9,108 bases of DNA from Octopus sinensis (GCF_006345805.1 NW_021828027.1:1-9108), one strand, 5' to 3'; numbered from the stretch's first letter, positions 1 through 8,059 are shown. Translations and numbers: made by a program. The notes: generated by a model not told the origin, from the sequence alone.

Positions 1-41
1 CTATTATCTTTCTATCTTTCTATCTATCTATCTATCTATCT
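1..41. repeat. (TATC)n microsatellite, 5' flank of the Tx1-like insertion
   Basis: Degenerate then pure tctatctatc repeats up to the element junction. Confidence 0.9.
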
Positions 42-768
42 CGAGGAAGGGCGAATGGCACCGCGAGTGTCGCGTTGCTCTCAAGCAACTCTGCCGTCCT
101 GGGTCGACCTTAAGTGACTTCAACACAACCAAAGCATTCTATAGGGGTTTAGTGGAGGGGAGGTACGACGACGAGCTCGGGGCGAACCTGGACGTCGACG
201 AGGAGTACCTGACCCGCCTGTTCGGGACGACTTTCGGGCCAGGGCCCATGGACAACTTCCAGAGATCCCTGGCCTGGCAGTGCTACCGAGAAGCGCTACC
301 CGTTCGGGATAAGCTCTACAGACACGGCTCGAGAAAAACACGGGGCCGACCTGCCCGAGATGCGGTCAGAGCGACGAAACCGTTCTGCACGCACTCGTTC
401 AGTGTCCAACAATTTCGACCTGTGGGCTTATGTCGAACAACTGCTGTAACGTGTGGGACGAGTCGGTTTATCAGCTGAGTCTATCGTCAATATTGTCACG
501 CCTCCTTCCCAAACGGGAAGGAAGAGCTATTTTCATCATCCTTGTGGCTATGGCGAAAGAATGTATCTGGTGGACGCGTCTGAAAGGATTGGAGAGAAAC
601 ACTTTCCTCTCTGGTCAATCTCTCATCAACTTCTTCAAGTACCACTTGAAAAGGAAAGTCAGAGTAGAGAGGCAAGTTTTGTCTAGCGAATGTTTTAAAA
701 AAAGATGGGTGAATGTAGCAAGAATGGCACGTATGAATGACGAAGCCACCTTGAGCATAGTCCTATGA
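41..768 (+). pseudogene. Disrupted C-terminal part of Tx1-like ORF2 (zf-RVT-like CCHC knuckle region)
   Basis: Open in the frame of the 152..478 ORF from 41 to ~335. Shifts at the A5 run (334-338) to the CPRC frame (352-415), at ~416 to DLWAYVEQLL*RVGRVGLSAESIVNIVTPPS (417-509, TAA at 447-449), and at ~510 to KREGRAIFIILVAMAKECIWW...SIVL* (511-768). The supplied ORFs 152..478, 430..768 and 453..686 are pieces of this one frame. Confidence 0.8.
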
Positions 769-977
769 ACGCAGAAATCGAAAACAGAGAGTTGCTTATT
801 TGCAAAAAAAAAAAAAAAAAAAAAAGAAATATAAAATGTGACTTCATTGACCGAGGTTACCGTGGTCTTTTCCGCAGGCTTTTCTTTCCACGGGTAAACC
901 TCACCTGTCCTCCCCTTTACACTTCATATTGACATTTCTGTGATAACGATCCCTATTGATCATTTTTTTTTCCCTCT

Positions 978-1010
<33 letters not shown>

Positions 1011-1160
1011 CCCCCCCTTATTTTTGTCCTCTTTCTCTCCTTTTACGATCCCTTTTGATCGAACCTCCCCCTTCCTTTTTTTTTTTTTTTTTTTTTAATA
1101 CCTTCAAAAGAAAAGCTCTACCTTGTAATTTGTTCTATTTGTGTGCAGCCCTGTGTGGCT

Positions 1161-1166
1161 AATAAA
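1161..1166 (+). terminator. Polyadenylation signal AATAAA at the 3' end of the Tx1-like element
   Basis: AATAAA lies 6 nt before the (TATC)n junction. It is conserved in the second copy (TTTATT at 5158-5163). Confidence 0.6.
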
Positions 1167-1172
1167 GAAACA

Positions 1173-1287
1173 TATCTATCTATCTATCTATCTATCTATC
1201 TCTCATCCTATCTGTCTGTCTGTCTGTCTATATATCTATCTATCTAACTGTCAGTCTATCTATCTGTCTGTCTATCTATCTATCTAT
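1173..1287. repeat. (TATC)n/(TGTC)n compound microsatellite, 3' flank of the Tx1-like insertion
   Basis: Pure TATC at 1173-1201, followed by mixed TCTG/TATC units. Confidence 0.9.
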
Positions 1288-1784
1288 TTTTCCATGTATC
1301 TATTTATGGCTTACACATAGGTGCCTTTATATCAAATTTAATCACACGCCATTGTCCATCATGGCGCAATAGTCAAAACAATTGCTCTATAAACCACGGA
1401 GCAGGAGTGAACCGAAAACATTGCGATTACTATGTAAGCTCTTTACTCCCAGACGTATGATTGTCCTTATTTATTCGAATTTACATATGGTGCACTTATA
1501 TATAATTAAAACAACTTTGGCCCTACAGATGGAGAGAAATGTCAAAGGTTTAATAATTCTAAAATAAGTCAATTGAAGTACAGCAGAACAGAAGCTTAGA
1601 TTTTTACACTGAAGGGAATATCTGAAAGTTGGCAAATCTCCAAAAAGAAGTAAAAGAGTTAATATATTTTAAGATTCCATGGTTTTCTGATAACACAAAA
1701 TATTCATACATGCTAAAATTTATTTCTCTTGCAAGATATACAAATGTATACGTTATGAATGGCTCTGTATGTGTTGGAATGTCT

Positions 1785-1859
1785 ATTTGTGTGTGCACAT
1801 ACGTATATACATACTTACACAAACACACACACACACACAATATATATATATATATATAT

Positions 1860-1907
<48 letters not shown>

Positions 1908-1945
1908 GTATATGTACCTAGACACACATATGTACACATACGTAG
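1785..1945. repeat. (CA)n/(TA)n compound microsatellite
   Basis: Alternating CA and TA runs. Source of the YIYI/HTHT ORFs. Confidence 0.95.
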
Positions 1946-2257
1946 TTTAATGAGTTCTCCTGAATTCATTAAATTCATTTTATCTCGTAAAGGAAGAAAA
2001 ACTAAAATTTAAAAATGTAGAAAATAAATCTCACAAACATGATTAGAGTTGCAAAGAAAATCGAGATTAAAAATAGAATAGAGAAAAAAAAAAAACAAGA
2101 TGAGCATTAAAAGTAAATAAAATATATTTTATTAGCTTAGCTAACTTAACTGTCACTTTTGTGTGGTTTAATCAAAACACCTAGAGGCATAAAGACGGGG
2201 AAGGTTCTAAAAAAAATCCAAGAAGCAAAGGCAAGTTATAGAAAGAGCATAGAGGAA

Positions 2258-2425
2258 TATGTATGAGTGTATATACATATATGCGTGTTTGTATGTATGC
2301 GTTTTCAGTTATAGTTACAAATATAAATTTCTATATATATTTACATGTACATATATGTGTGTGCTTGTGATTGTGTGTGTGTGTGTGCTTGTTTGAGAAT
2401 GTCTGTATGTGTGTGTATATATGTG
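2258..2425. repeat. Degenerate (TA)/(TG) microsatellite
   Basis: Interrupted tatg/tgtg/tata units. Confidence 0.75.
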
Positions 2426-2617
2426 AAGGTTGGTAATTAACAACTATGGAAGAAGAAAAAACAGAGTAAAAATATTACTTGTAGAGAAATAACATGAATA
2501 TACATTAAAGTAAGGAAATTAAAAATAAAGGAAAAAAAGAGAAAAGCTATAAATAGAGTGGAATAAACCTAGAGATAAGGTGATAGCTGCGAGTATATAG
2601 ATTGGAGAAAAAAGTAC

Positions 2618-2658
2618 AATAATAATAATAATAATAATAACAAAAATAGTAATAAAAA

Positions 2659-2715
<57 letters not shown>

Positions 2716-2782
2716 TAATAATAATAATAATAATAATAATACTGATAATAATAATGATAATAATAATAATAATAATAATAAT
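2618..2782. repeat. (AAT)n trinucleotide microsatellite
   Basis: Long, nearly pure AAT run. Source of the poly-I/Y/L ORFs on the minus strand. Confidence 0.97.
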
Positions 2783-2939
2783 GGGTGTATAATGATGGTT
2801 CCCAAAGTGTAAAACGATAAACGGCAAAAGTAAAATGCAATAATATATTCTAGTAAGATAATATATGTATTTGATATAAAAATGTTTGACCGCAGCAGTT
2901 AAGTAGACAGGATTATTATAGGTTGTGCTAGTTTTGGTA

Positions 2940-2994
2940 TGTAATGAGTGTATGTATGCATGTGTGTATATATATATATATATATATATTATAT

Positions 2995-3039
<45 letters not shown>

Positions 3040-3110
3040 TATATGAATGTATATATAAATATATTTATATAATATATATATGTATTGTGAATATACATGT
3101 ATAGAAAGAT

Positions 3111-3142
<32 letters not shown>

Positions 3143-3211
3143 ATATATATATAGATAGATAGATAGATAGATAGAGAGAGAGATAGATAAATAGATAAAT
3201 ATACATACATG

Positions 3212-3247
<36 letters not shown>

Positions 3248-3375
3248 CACATGCATACATACATATATATATATATAAATATGTGTACATATATGTGTGT
3301 GTGTATATATATATAGACAGAGGGAGAGAGAGAGAGAGAGAATATTTGCACACATGCATATATACATACATATGT
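2940..3375. repeat. (TA)n/(GATA)n/(GA)n/(TG)n compound microsatellite block
   Basis: Directly visible tandem repeats. Confidence 0.95.
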
Positions 3376-3659
3376 ATCCTTCATGATCCGGGTGACATTA
3401 CATCGATTGAAATGAACTATTTGTGTATATACATGCGAGTGTGTAGTTGAACTTACACTAACATTGATATACGTGTATGCGTCTTTAGGCAAGCGCACTC
3501 GCATGCGTAGGAAGGCAGAAGCAGTTACGTTCTGACCCTTTTCTAGCACTAACATCTTAGACATTTATCACGGTTAACTTGATAATTTCTTTAATCTAGA
3601 TAATTTTCTTCCCCAGACACCTTGACTGCACTTTAACCAATTTTTCTCTACCAGTTTCT

Positions 3660-3772
3660 TTATCTCGGCGTTATAATAAAAGCCGTAATATTTCCTTCTA
3701 TACCGGTTAGCATATTTATCTGCCAAGCAGTTGATCCGAGTTCCACTTGCGACTGAATCTCTCCAACGAAAA
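3660..3772 (-). other. Possible exon of an unidentified minus-strand gene
   Basis: Strong acceptor-like ttctcactctctgtgttcttcAG with the AG at 3774-3773, followed by non-repetitive sequence. One phase reads FVGEIQSQVELGSTAWQINMLTGIEGNITAFIITPR* (stop 3662-3660) and another stays open to 3574. No recognisable homology. Confidence 0.2.
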
Positions 3773-3959
3773 CTGAAGAACACAGAGAGTGAGAACTGTG
3801 CAGAGGAAATCATAAAAATAATTTCTAAAGATTTCTATAAAATTTCAGAGTAAACATTCACAGAACACTACAAAATAGTTCAGTGGTTCCAATGGAATAG
3901 CTTACTTGTAACATGCAAATAATTAACGCTTTTAAGTTCTTTGTCATTACAGCTCTGTA

Positions 3960-4958
3960 GACGAGGGTGATACAGATCGATTACAAAGCTGTTGATGAAG
4001 CAAATGTTACAGGGAGCATAGACGAAATGTGTTCAAATTCAGCAACTGGTCCAGATGGCTTCCCCTCTATTCTCCTGAAGTCATGTAAGCAGGCTTTAGC
4101 GAAGTCACTTCAGATAGTTTTCCAGAGTTCCCTTGCAGATAGTAAAATTCCTAAGCGAATATTTCCTGTCGATAAAGGCAGAAGAGTAGTTAAAATCTAC
4201 CGGTCCATCTCTCTCACTTCACGTATCTGCAAAGTCATGGACTGAGTCGTCAGAAGGAAACTGATAAAGCTCCTTCATGAAAATGACTTGCTGAACGCTA
4301 ATAAGTGTGGATTCCGTGCAGAACGAAGCTACCTCACAGGGCTTTTCCTTTATACGACTGCTTTTCAAAGCAACTGCTCTACCTTTCAAATATATCGATG
4401 GGGTATATCTTTCCTTTGCAAAAGCCTTTGACAAAATGGATCCTGATATATGCTACAGAGTGTGAGACCTTGGTATAGCTGGTAAACTGGGAGGGTGCGT
4501 ACAAAACGTCTAACGAAAAAACAGAACTCAGTTTTAGCTGATCTTGTCCTCACTAGGGAAACATAAAATTTGTGTCCTTCAGGGGTCTCACCTGGGTCCA
4601 TTAATTTTTATAGTATTTCTCGTAAATAAGTAGACAAGTACATGGTCACTCAGACATTTGCCATCTCTATAGTTGATAAGGTGTTGTTGTAAACCTGCTG
4701 CCGGAACAAAAATGCAATATGCAACTAGGATGAACAAATCACCATGCAGTTTAATGCAGGAGAATTTCAAGCACCACGCTAACATCTTATAAATGCATTT
4801 ATAGGACGTGAAGGAACTGTAATTCTGGAGTCAGAGTGAGTGACCTGTTTGAGCATTAGTGTTTGCAATGATGCATAATTTCATGTGCATATTACCAAGA
4901 TGGCATATGTTATAATTAAGCATGGGTTATAATTTAAATACGGAAAATTCAGGACGAT
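3960..4958 (+). mobile_element. Decayed CR1-clade (CR1/L2 group) LINE reverse transcriptase fragment
   Basis: RT motifs appear in order across stops and frameshifts: NSATGPDGFPSILLKSC, YRSISLTSRICKVMD, NKCGFRAERSYLT, YLSFAKAFDK (4406-4435), LGIAGKLG, VLQGSHLGPLIF (4574-4609), MQFNAGEF. No intact YADD motif is recoverable. Confidence 0.85.
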
Positions 4959-4959
4959 C

Positions 4960-5086
4960 TAGACAGACGGACAGACAGATAGATAGATAGGTAGACGAAC
5001 AGACAGATGATAAATAGATACAGAGATAGAGAGAGAGAGAGAAAGAGTGAGGGAGACAGAGAGAGAGAGACAGACAGACAGACAGT

Positions 5087-5151
<65 letters not shown>

Positions 5152-5235
5152 AGTTTCTTTATTGGCCACACAGGGCTGCACACAGATGGGACAAGTTACA
5201 AGGTAGAGCTTTTCTTTTGGGGGATGAAGAGAACA

Positions 5236-5315
<80 letters not shown>

Positions 5316-5585
5316 GCAGGCAGACAGACAGACAAAGAGACAGGCAGACAGATGGATAGATAGACAGAGAGATATTCTGGTAGACAGACAGAGAGACAGA
5401 CAGACTAACAGACAGGAAGACAGATAGATAGATAGACAGAGAGACATGCTGGTAGACAGACAGAGAGACAGACAGATAGACAGACAGACAGATAGATAGA
5501 TAGATAGATAGATAGACGAACAGATATAACAAATAGATAGATAGATAAAGAGAGAGAGAGAGAGAGGGACAGACAGACAGACATG
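4960..5585. repeat. (GATA)n/(GACA)n/(GA)n compound microsatellite block, interrupted by a Tx1 3'-end fragment
   Basis: Directly visible repeats. Source of the LSIY ORFs on the minus strand. Confidence 0.97.
5152..5238 (-). mobile_element. Very short (~87 bp) 3'-terminal fragment of the same Tx1-like family as 41-1172
   Basis: Reverse complement of 5153-5219 aligns ungapped to 1105-1171 at 62/67 identity, including AATAAAGAAAC. Pure (GATA)n lies on both sides. Confidence 0.92.
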
Positions 5586-5639
5586 CATGTGTACATGTGT
5601 TTCTAGGTGTATATCAATATGGATTGGTTTACTCGTGTG

Positions 5640-5735
5640 CATGCGTATAATATATCTGTGTATATATATATATAATATATATATATATTATATATATATA
5701 TTATAATATATATACATGTCTTTATATTCTATATA
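5640..5735. repeat. (TA)n microsatellite
   Basis: Interrupted TA run. Confidence 0.9.
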
Positions 5736-6146
5736 TCTTTGTAAGTGTGCATTATTGCTTGGAGGCCTATATATATGTGTGCCTATGCATGTAATACTGT
5801 AAACCGTATTCTATGCCATAAAACCCTAAATCAGACACTTTAATGATCTCTTGTGATACGTTTAATCTTCTCATAATAGTGTTGCATACTTTTTTATCTT
5901 CTTATACCTTGTCTCTGGTATATTACTCTTGTTGTTGTATGTTTTCTTGCTTATTTTGTTATTATTGATGTTGTAGACTATTTCTCTTTGAAATGTTCTT
6001 TTTTTTTTCAGGTTTTAAGAAATTTGTTATTTTTTTTATTTTGCTGCTATTTTTATCTGGACTTAAACAACACATTTGGGCAATTCATTTTTTTCTTTTT
6101 AATAATTTTTACTTATTTTATTTGTGTGGATCTTTAGTGTTTATTT

Positions 6147-6164
6147 TTATTATTATTATTATTA

Positions 6165-6220
<56 letters not shown>

Positions 6221-6243
6221 GTTACTATTATTATTATTATTAT

Positions 6244-6297
<54 letters not shown>

Positions 6298-6323
6298 CAT
6301 CATTATTATTATTAGTATTATTA

Positions 6324-6365
<42 letters not shown>

Positions 6366-6404
6366 TATTATTATTAATATTATTATCATTATTATTATTA
6401 TTAT
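6147..6404. repeat. (ATT)n-(AGT)n-(ATT)n compound trinucleotide microsatellite
   Basis: ATT runs around a pure AGT run at ~6244-6297. Source of the poly-I/poly-S ORF 5993..6454. Confidence 0.97.
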
Positions 6405-6405
6405 C

Positions 6406-6495
6406 AAGGCGGCGTGCTGGCAGAATCCTTAACGAAGCCAGACGCGATGCTTAGCCGTATTTCGCCAGTCGGTACTTTCAAATTCTGTCGGAGTG
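6406..6495 (+). mobile_element. 5' head of a tRNA-derived SINE, truncated at its 3' side
   Basis: aaggcggcgtgctggcagaatcctt... with A-box-like TGGCAGAATCCTT (6418-6430) and B-box-like TTCAAATTCT (6477-6486). Resembles an abundant octopus SINE recalled from memory, not verified by search. Confidence 0.65.
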
Positions 6496-6502
6496 AAAAA
6501 TT

Positions 6503-6538
6503 CTTTAGCGTTTCGAGCCTACGCTCTTCCACAGAAAG
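6503..6538 (-). ncRNA. Minimal type I hammerhead-ribozyme-like motif A (non-canonical core)
   Basis: Minus strand reads CTTT-CTGTGGA-A-GAGC gtag GCTC-GAAAC-GCT-AAAG: stem I CTTT/AAAG, stem II GAGC/GCTC and GAAAC intact. The core deviates from CUGANGA and the triplet is GCU. Confidence 0.55.
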
Positions 6539-6797
6539 GAACACAGAAAGAAACAAGGAGAGAAAATAAAGAATGTGTAGTGGCTAGCGACCTATCGTGG
6601 CGAATGCCGGACAGAAGGGTTACACAAGAGAGCTAGGGTGAAGGGGATATATATATATATATACATATGTATATATATATATATAGTTAATCCAAACAAG
6701 AAAACACAGAAAAAAAGGGGAAAAAAAAAAAAACACAGCAACGCAGGACGTGGAACAATTAAAGTATTATTGACGCTCAGAAAAGAAGGGAAGGAGG

Positions 6798-6831
6798 GTT
6801 TAACGTTTCGAGCGGAGCTCTTCGTCGAAAC
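6798..6831 (-). ncRNA. Minimal type I hammerhead-ribozyme-like motif B (core one nt short)
   Basis: Minus strand reads GTTT-CGACGA-A-GAGC tcc GCTC-GAAAC-GTT-AAAC: stem I GTTT/AAAC, stem II GAGC/GCTC, palindromic AACGTT at stem III, GUU triplet. Confidence 0.55.
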
Positions 6832-6833
6832 AA

Positions 6834-6835
<2 letters not shown>

Positions 6836-6891
<56 letters not shown>
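6836..6891. repeat. (TA)n microsatellite
   Basis: Pure TA run. Confidence 0.97.
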
Positions 6892-6892
<1 letters not shown>

Positions 6893-7204
6893 TGGGACAA
6901 GAACGCAACCATCCAGACAGATGATGTAAAAAAAGGAGAATAAAACATTTACGAAAAAACCTGAGAATCGACAATTATCAGCAAAATTTTAGGAGTAGAC
7001 AAAAGAAGAATGGTGCGAGCATTTCTCTTCTTTATATCAATTTATGAGTCTTTCATTCAAAGTCTCTCTGATGGATATGGTGATAACAAAAATATCAAAT
7101 ATATATGCAACAATACCTTGCCATGATGTCGTACTTATCGAATTATATACATAATTTACTTGCAGTAGTTACACCAGTTATGAATACTTTATACCCATAT
7201 TCGT

Positions 7205-7584
7205 GGTGGCGTGGCGGCGTGGTAAGAAGCTTCCTTCTCAACTGCATGGTTGCGGGTTCAGTCTCATTGTGTTGCACATTTGGCAAATGTATTTTACTAT
7301 AGGCTCGTGCCGACCAAACCCTACAGGTGGAATTGGTAGACGGAAAATGGTAGACGTCGTATATAAATGTATATATATATATATGTGTGTGTCTTTGTGT
7401 GTGTGTGTATTTGTGCGTCTATGTTTGTCCCCCGCGCCATCACTTGACAAGTAATTTCGGTGTGTTTATGTCTCCATAAGTTAGTGGTTCGGCAAAAGAG
7501 ACCGATAGAGCAAGTGATAGGCTTACAAAGAATAACTCTTGGTCCAGGATTGTCGAACACAAATGACTGAAACAAGCAAAATAA
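7205..7584 (+). mobile_element. Near full-length tRNA-derived SINE of octopus type with an internal (TA)(TG) microsatellite
   Basis: A-box-like TGGCGGCGTGGT (7212-7223), B-box-like GGTTCAGTCTC (7255-7265), central body ...ttggcaaatgtattttactatagg..., and 3' end aaatgactgaaacaagcaaaataa. Matches a recalled abundant octopus SINE, not verified by search. Confidence 0.8.
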
Positions 7585-8021
7585 TACCAGAATATAGGAT
7601 TGTTACGAACAGTGCCATCCAGATTCTATCCGGCATTTTAAAAAATATAAATTTTATACACAACCAATCATTTCTGAAGTTTTAAAAAGCGTTTAAATAT
7701 TCAACATCAAACATTAGTCAACAAATACAGAATTCTAAAAAACTCACCAGAAGTCAACAAATGCAAGACACTAATTTGTATTGTCAGAACAATGCAAATA
7801 ATTGAGTGAGTTCGAAAATGGCGACTTGAAAATTATATAGCACAGCATTATTAATTACTTTGCAACACTCATTTTTAGGAAGCCTAGTTAAAGTTTGTGT
7901 AGTCATATTTAACGCAGAAAGCATTAATTAACTATCTGGAAATAATTATGTAGTACAAAAAATCGATAATAGTGAATGATTAACATTCTTTTATTATTTT
8001 ACAATGTGAGGCGAGACAGTA

Positions 8022-8059
8022 TCGAGCATGTTTCAGCCTTGTTTTGATTTCATCAGCGA
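8022..8059 (-). ncRNA. Hammerhead-like motif C with canonical CUGAUGA core and degenerate stem II (probable Penelope-like remnant)
   Basis: Minus strand reads TCG-CTGATGA-AATC aaaacaa GGCT-GAAAC-AT-GCT-CGA: both conserved core halves at hammerhead spacing, a 3-bp stem I and palindromic CATG at stem III. Confidence 0.45.

Larger units (their letters stand above)
41..1172 (+). mobile_element. 5'-truncated Tx1/L1-type non-LTR retrotransposon (ORF2 C-terminus plus 3' UTR), flanked on both sides by (TATC)n
   Basis: GC-rich coding-like segment begins abruptly after (TCTA)n at ~41. Joining frames gives ...SLAWQCYREALPVRDKLYRHGS-(fs)-TCPRCGQSDETVLHALVQCP...AMAKECIWWTR...*, matching the CxxC...ET..H...C knuckle and AK..IW..R motif of L1/Tx1 ORF2. 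Stop at 766-768, 3' UTR with A and T runs, AATAAA at 1161-1166, then (TATC)n from 1173. Confidence 0.85.
6496..6835 (-). mobile_element. Short non-autonomous Penelope-like or retrozyme-like unit bounded by two hammerhead-like motifs
   Basis: Two same-orientation hammerhead-like motifs 295 nt apart, a non-coding spacer that is purine-rich on the plus strand with an internal (TA)n (6647-6685), and a long (TA)n (6836-6891) at one boundary. Confidence 0.45.

Noticed and set aside
804-825. A22 run as the LINE poly(A) tail
   Set aside because: Homology with the second copy shows the element continues to ~1172, so this run is internal to the 3' UTR.
1485-1550. Minus-strand acceptor-like ctttgacatttctctccatctgtAG (AG at 1524-1523)
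   Set aside because: Downstream phases close within about 16 codons, no convincing donor is present and the sequence is very AT-rich.
2185-2270. Short frame KTPRGIKTGKVLKKIQEAKASYRKSIEE resembling a LINE ORF2 linker helix
   Set aside because: Too short and generic, with no adjoining endonuclease or RT motifs.
2887-2905. ttgaccgcagcagttaa, weakly like a mitochondrial 16S rRNA motif (possible NUMT)
   Set aside because: The match is short and imperfect and does not extend into the flanks.
1604-3450. Long ORFs rich in YI/HT/poly-I/L/Y (e.g. 1604..1978, 2519..2827, 2989..3564)
   Set aside because: They are translations of TA, CA and AAT microsatellites that lack stops by construction.
3773-3800. 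CTGAAGA followed by GAAC on the plus strand as a possible hammerhead
   Set aside because: No GAAA core half and no proper stem I, II or III. Better explained as the reverse complement of a pyrimidine tract.
4927-6454. LSIY-repeat ORFs and the 153-aa poly-I/poly-S ORF
   Set aside because: Entirely explained by GATA/GACA and ATT/AGT repeats.
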